A stretch of 64,000 nucleotides of DNA from Verrucomicrobiales bacterium (GTDB lineage Bacteria; Verrucomicrobiota; Verrucomicrobiia; Verrucomicrobiales; V1-33): the NCBI GenBank assembly GCA_031411295.1, contig JANOAV010000033.1, positions 22,246 through 86,245 of the forward strand. Direction: 5' to 3'. Below the pieces are notes generated by a model. It was not told where the DNA came from. It did not search any database and saw only the letters and a list, made by a program, of their open reading frames with translations. Positions 59,213 through 64,000 of this stretch are shown one piece after another; the first letter of the stretch is position 1; each line of letters starts with the position of its first letter. The position numbers and the translations under genes were made by a program.

Positions 59213-62200
59213 ATGCATTCCTCAATTCGCCCCCTTCTGTTCGTTTCTCTTTGGCTCCTAATGGCAGTCACTTGCCTGCCTGCCAAGGACGCGAGGACGC
59301 TGTTTACCCGTCTGGGGCCGGAGACGACGGGGATGAAGGAGGTGAACCATTTGGATGTGAATCATCCCATGAGTTATCTGTATCACAGCGGCATGACTTG
59401 CGGCGGAGTGGCGGTGGCGGATTTCGATGGCGATGGGAAACTGGATATTTTCTTCGCTGGAACCACGGGACCCAATGCGCTGTATCGTCAGACCGGGGCG
59501 ATGAAATTTGAAAACGTCACGGCTAGTTGCGGAGAGAAATTCGACGGTGGGGACACGTGGACGGCGGGGGCGGCGGTGGCGGATGTGAACAACGACGGTC
59601 GGCCGGACCTCTATCTGTGCAACTACATGCGACCCAACGAACTGTGGCTCAATCTAGGGCCGGGGCCAAAGGGACAACCGGTGGTATTCCGCGAGTGCGC
59701 CAAGGAGGCGGGATTGGATGTGGTGGATTGCAGTCACAGCGCGGCCTTTGCAGACTATGATGGGGATGGCAAATTGGACCTCTATGTGCTCACCAACCGC
59801 ATTGAGGATCCCAACGGTCATCCGGCTAATCTTCCGGTGGTGGAGGGCTCAGAGAAGGCCACCGGCCTACCAACATTGCTGCCTGGGATGGAGCGCTACT
59901 ATCAGGTGTGGCGCTGGGACTTTACGAATTGGGGGGTGGAAGCCATCGGAACGCCCGATCTCCTTTTCCGCCAAGTGGGCACGGCTGCGGATGGCACACC
60001 GAAGTTTACGGACACGACGAAGCAGGCTGGGATCAGTGGGAACGGGGATGGGCTGAGCATCACGTGGTGGGATCCCGATGCGGATGGCGATCCTGACATT
60101 TACCTTGGCAATGATTTCCTGGCGGCGGATAAATGGTATCGCAACAACGGGGATGGCACTTTCACGGACATCATCAAGGACACCGTGCCCCACACTCCCT
60201 GGTTCAGCATGGGCGCGGACTTTGGGGACATCAATAATGATGGTCGCCTGGACCTGCTAGTGGCAGACATGAGTGCCACCTCTCATTTTAAATCCAAGAC
60301 TACCATGGGCGCTATGGGTGGCGTGGGGCTAAAACGTTCCTTCTACGATACACCATCGCAACTGATGCGGAATGCGTTGTATGTAAACACTGGCACGGAT
60401 CGTTTTATTGAAGGGGCGTATAACTGGAAAATTTCCAGCACCGACTGGACCTGGAGTGTGAAGTTTGCGGATTTCGATTTGGACAGTTGGCAGGACGTTT
60501 ATTTGACCAATGGCATCAGCCGCCACATGAACGATTCCGACCTCAATGTCACCACGCAAATGCTGACCGGGAAGCACATGTTCGAATACTACAAGAACGG
60601 GGAAATGCGCAACGAGGTGAATCGATCCTATCGCAATGATCATGGGGAGAAATTTACTGAGACCAGCGAGGAATGGGGCTTGGATCATTTGGGCGTCAGC
60701 TATGGCGCGGCCATTGCGGACTTGGATGGCGATGGTGATGTGGATATTGTCGAGGTGAATCTCGAAGAGCCTAACTTCGTGTATCGCAATGAAGCGGCGG
60801 CCGCAGGTGGCCACTGGTTGCAGGTGCAACTTCAGGGGACCAAGGCGAATCGAGACGCCATCGGAGCACGCGTGGACATTAAGACGGCGCATGGTCGCCA
60901 AGTGCGCTATCTTTCCCCGCAGACAGGCTACATGTCGTGCAATGACAAGACGCTGTGCTTCGGCCTAGGGACAGAAACGGAGGCGGAGGTGTCGGTGCAA
61001 TGGCCGTTCGGCGGCGTGCAGTTAGTGGGCAAAGTAAAGGCGGGGAAAGTCATCAAGATCGTGCAGGATGCAGGCTTGCCAGTGTTCGTGCCGGCAGCTC
61101 CAGAGCCAACGATGTTTGTGAAACAGGAATCGCTCTCCGCAGTGCCGCAGAAGGATGCGGGCTGGGAGGAAGATTTCAAGAAGCCGCTGCAATCGCTGCT
61201 CCCATGGGCGTTCTCGCAGCTCGGCCCGTGTCTGGCCTGTGCGGATGTGGATGGCGATGGCGATGCCGATTTCTATGTCGGCGGAGCAGCCGGGGTGGCG
61301 GGCGAGTTGCGACTGAATCAAGGTCAGGGGAAGTTTACCGCCCAGTGGGTGTCGGATTTTGCGAAGGACAAAGCGTGTGAAGATCAAGGCGCGGTGTTCT
61401 TCGATGCGGATGGTGATGGCGATCCGGATCTCTTTGTAGCGAGTGGCAGCAATGATTTTGCGGAAGGCGCGAAGGAGCTCTGTGATCGGCTTTATCTCAA
61501 TGACGGCAAAGGTAAATTTACCCGAGCCCCGGATGGCTCCCTGCCACCGGATGCGCTGTTAGGATCTTGCGTGGTGGCGGCGGATTTCAGTGGTGATGGG
61601 ATGCCAGATCTCTTCGTGGGCACGCGCCTGCGATCCGCCAAATATCCTGAGAGCCAGCCTTCCCGGCTGCTGATAAATGATGGGAAGGGGAAATTTAACA
61701 CGGCTCCGCTACCACCCTCGCTAGGCTCTGACAAAGCGGCCCTGGTAACGGGAGCGTGCGCAGCGGATGTGGATGGCGATGGTCGGTCAGATCTGCTGGT
61801 GGCGACTGAATGGGGCCCCATCCTTTATTTGCACCAAGCCAAGGGCAAGCTGGAGGACTTGACCGCGCAAGCGGGCTTGGATTCCCTAACCGGCTTCTGG
61901 AACAGTGTGGTGGCGGCGGATGTGGATGGGGATGGCGATCTTGATTTCATCGCTGGAAACATTGGCTTGAACACCAAATACAAACAACCTGCGAGCGATC
62001 ATCCGCACTTGGCCTATTATGGAGACTTCGATGGCAAGGGCGCGCAATTTGTGGAAGTGAAACGTGAAGGCGATCATCTCTATCCTGAGCGCGGGCGCAG
62101 TTGTTCCTCACGTGCGATGCCGTTTATTGCGGAAAAATTTGGAACCTTCAAGACGTTCGCCAAGGCCAGCTTGGATGACATTTACTCGCCTGAGAAATTA

Positions 62201-62854
62201 GCTTCCTCCACGAAGCTCGCTGCCACTGAATTTCAGAGCGGAATCTTCCTCAACCAAGCAGGGAAATTTACGTTTCAGCCGCTGCCAAGGATCGCGCAAG
62301 TGTCCACAGTGTTAGGCATCGTGGCGTGCGACTTCACGGGAGATGGGATCATCGATTTGTTCCTCAATCAAAATTTCATCCGCGGCCCGCAGATTGAAAC
62401 AGGCCCATTCGATGGCGGACTCGGGCAATTGCTCACGGGTGATGGCAAGGGTGGATTTCTCCCGGTGGAGCCGGCAGCGAGTGGACTGGTCATTCCGCAG
62501 GATAATCGCGCGGCGGTCGTGCTGGACTTGGATGGGAACGGCAGCCCGGATTTATTAGGCACGCAGAACGATCACCCACTGCAGGCATTTACCAACACCA
62601 GCAAGGCCAGGTGGCTGCGAGTGCGGGTGCCGGCAGGAACCAGCGGAACCGTCACGCTAATTCGCAAAGGACAGCCGACGCAGAGCATTGCCTTGAGCGC
62701 GGGCTCAGGCTATTGGAGCCAGAATGATAGCACAGCCTGGTTCGGACTTGGCACTGCGGTTGCGACTCCAGGCGAAATTACCCTTACCGTGGCCGGCCAA
62801 ACTTCGACTACCACATGGGACGGCTCCATGCTTAACCTAACTTTGAAACCATGA
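59213..62854 (+). CDS. FG-GAP/VCBS repeat protein with an ASPIC/UnbV domain (CRTAC1-like)
   Basis: Many D.DGDG..D repeats; AIGARV and GY.S motifs; signal peptide. Confidence 0.88.
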   Translation: MHSSIRPLLFVSLWLLMAVTCLPAKDARTLFTRLGPETTGMKEVNHLDVNHPMSYLYHSGMTCGGVAVADFDGDGKLDIFFAGTTGPNALYRQTGAMKFENVTASCGEKFDGGDTWTAGAAVADVNNDGRPDLYLCNYMRPNELWLNLGPGPKGQPVVFRECAKEAGLDVVDCSHSAAFADYDGDGKLDLYVLTNRIEDPNGHPANLPVVEGSEKATGLPTLLPGMERYYQVWRWDFTNWGVEAIGTPDLLFRQVGTAADGTPKFTDTTKQAGISGNGDGLSITWWDPDADGDPDIYLGNDFLAADKWYRNNGDGTFTDIIKDTVPHTPWFSMGADFGDINNDGRLDLLVADMSATSHFKSKTTMGAMGGVGLKRSFYDTPSQLMRNALYVNTGTDRFIEGAYNWKISSTDWTWSVKFADFDLDSWQDVYLTNGISRHMNDSDLNVTTQMLTGKHMFEYYKNGEMRNEVNRSYRNDHGEKFTETSEEWGLDHLGVSYGAAIADLDGDGDVDIVEVNLEEPNFVYRNEAAAAGGHWLQVQLQGTKANRDAIGARVDIKTAHGRQVRYLSPQTGYMSCNDKTLCFGLGTETEAEVSVQWPFGGVQLVGKVKAGKVIKIVQDAGLPVFVPAAPEPTMFVKQESLSAVPQKDAGWEEDFKKPLQSLLPWAFSQLGPCLACADVDGDGDADFYVGGAAGVAGELRLNQGQGKFTAQWVSDFAKDKACEDQGAVFFDADGDGDPDLFVASGSNDFAEGAKELCDRLYLNDGKGKFTRAPDGSLPPDALLGSCVVAADFSGDGMPDLFVGTRLRSAKYPESQPSRLLINDGKGKFNTAPLPPSLGSDKAALVTGACAADVDGDGRSDLLVATEWGPILYLHQAKGKLEDLTAQAGLDSLTGFWNSVVAADVDGDGDLDFIAGNIGLNTKYKQPASDHPHLAYYGDFDGKGAQFVEVKREGDHLYPERGRSCSSRAMPFIAEKFGTFKTFAKASLDDIYSPEKLASSTKLAATEFQSGIFLNQAGKFTFQPLPRIAQVSTVLGIVACDFTGDGIIDLFLNQNFIRGPQIETGPFDGGLGQLLTGDGKGGFLPVEPAASGLVIPQDNRAAVVLDLDGNGSPDLLGTQNDHPLQAFTNTSKARWLRVRVPAGTSGTVTLIRKGQPTQSIALSAGSGYWSQNDSTAWFGLGTAVATPGEITLTVAGQTSTTTWDGSMLNLTLKP

Positions 62855-63975
62855 AATACACCTTCAAGCAACCCGGGCTGCCCGCCCTCATCCTAGCGCT
62901 GATGACGCTGCCCGCTGCGGCCGATACTCCATTGCCTGGGCTCAGTGCACCGAAGCCGGAAACACCCGCCGCAGCGCCAAAACTAACAGCGCTGGAGGAA
63001 GCCCGCGCCGTGGCAGCCAAGGGAGATGTGGCCAAAGCCGCCGCCATCCTAAAAGCCGCTGCGGAGAAGGGCGATGCCGTGGCTGCGATTAACTACGGGG
63101 AAATGTGCCTGGCTGGCAGCGGGGTCAAAGCGTCTGCGGTGGAAGCGTTGCAGTGGTTCGAACTGGCCGCAGACAAGGGAAATGCTCTGGGGAAATTCCG
63201 CCAAGCCCAAGTCTATCAAGCCGGGGCGGACAGCGTGCCCAAGGACGAGGATCGCGCGCAATTTCTGATCAACGCCGCTGCCACCGAAGGTCAGGGCGAT
63301 GCCCAGCACGCGCTGGGCGCGGCCGCAGAACAAGCCGGCCGCAAGGCGGATGCAGCCAGTGAGCGCGAAAAGCATTTCGCGGAGGCGCTGGGCTGGTATG
63401 AAAAGGCCGCGGCCCAAAATCAGCCGCAGGCACTCTTGGCGATGGCTAAATTTCTGGATCAGGGGCTGGGCGGGGCTGAGAAAGATCCCGCCAAAGGCAT
63501 GGAATATTCCTTCAAAGCCGCACAGGTCGGATTGCTCTCAGCCATCATGGACATGGGCTCGCGTTACCTTCAAGGACGCGGCATCCGGGCTGACAATGTG
63601 GCCGCTCTCGGATGGTTTCTCGTCGCTGCGGAAGGGGGTTCCAGCGACGGCATGATCCGCCTGGGCCAAGCCTATGAAAATGGTCAGGGCGTGCCTCCGA
63701 ACTTTGGTAAAGCCGCCGCCTGGTATGCCAGTGCCGCCAAGCTGAATGCCCCGCCGGGGCAATTCCTCCTGGCACGCCTGCAAGAGGAAGGCCGTGGGAT
63801 CGAGAAGAATCTGGTCTATGCGTATGTCAATTATCTGCTGGCAGCCGATGGGGGGATGGATGAAGCGGTGGCCCGCAAGCAGGCGGTCAAAGCGCAACTG
63901 ACTCCAGCCCAGCTCAAGGAAGCCGAGAACCTGATGGCCTCCGCCGCCAAGGGTGATCCTGCCAAGAAAAAGTGA
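62851..63975 (+). CDS. Secreted Sel1-like repeat protein
   Basis: Repeated A..W...AA..G...A...LG..Y..G.GV units; signal peptide; ATGA overlap with the upstream gene. Confidence 0.9.
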   Translation: MKYTFKQPGLPALILALMTLPAAADTPLPGLSAPKPETPAAAPKLTALEEARAVAAKGDVAKAAAILKAAAEKGDAVAAINYGEMCLAGSGVKASAVEALQWFELAADKGNALGKFRQAQVYQAGADSVPKDEDRAQFLINAAATEGQGDAQHALGAAAEQAGRKADAASEREKHFAEALGWYEKAAAQNQPQALLAMAKFLDQGLGGAEKDPAKGMEYSFKAAQVGLLSAIMDMGSRYLQGRGIRADNVAALGWFLVAAEGGSSDGMIRLGQAYENGQGVPPNFGKAAAWYASAAKLNAPPGQFLLARLQEEGRGIEKNLVYAYVNYLLAADGGMDEAVARKQAVKAQLTPAQLKEAENLMASAAKGDPAKKK

Positions 63976-64000
63976 GGCAGTCTGGCCTCGTGGAACATCC

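Overview
A 64 kb bacterial window, almost certainly from Verrucomicrobiota (PVC). The evidence is PEP-CTERM proteins, DUF1501 and WD40-cytochrome c genes, a BatA/vWA protein and passenger-repeat proteins. Housekeeping and lineage-typical genes include an HtrA protease, an iron-type ABC permease, hisC, rimO, a Cu-ATPase, an ECF sigma with a vWA partner, a cupin/TIM-barrel/Tm-1-like cluster, TolC, mcsA-mcsB, a two-component pair, a GldAFG-like ABC operon, a CRTAC1-like protein and a Sel1 protein. The most interesting part is an accessory island at about 47.1-59.1 kb. It holds a large secreted protein with a C-terminal alpha/beta-hydrolase, two paralogous immunity-like genes and an attenuator-like leader. 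It also holds an Abi/HEPN gene with a divergent promoter-hairpin-terminator small RNA, a truncated ParE toxin and an LRR gene stub. Two homologous helical proteins bracket the island, one of them preceded by a 21-bp phased array, and there are two MITE-like elements that each carry REP doublets. Outside the island are a small-ORF plus papain-like peptidase pair (37.1-38.9 kb), a nucleotidyltransferase TA-like pair (3.7-4.6 kb) and an FGE-family pseudogene with an internal deletion. No rRNA, tRNA, CRISPR array or intact transposase was seen. All family assignments come from motifs recognised by eye, not from database searches.
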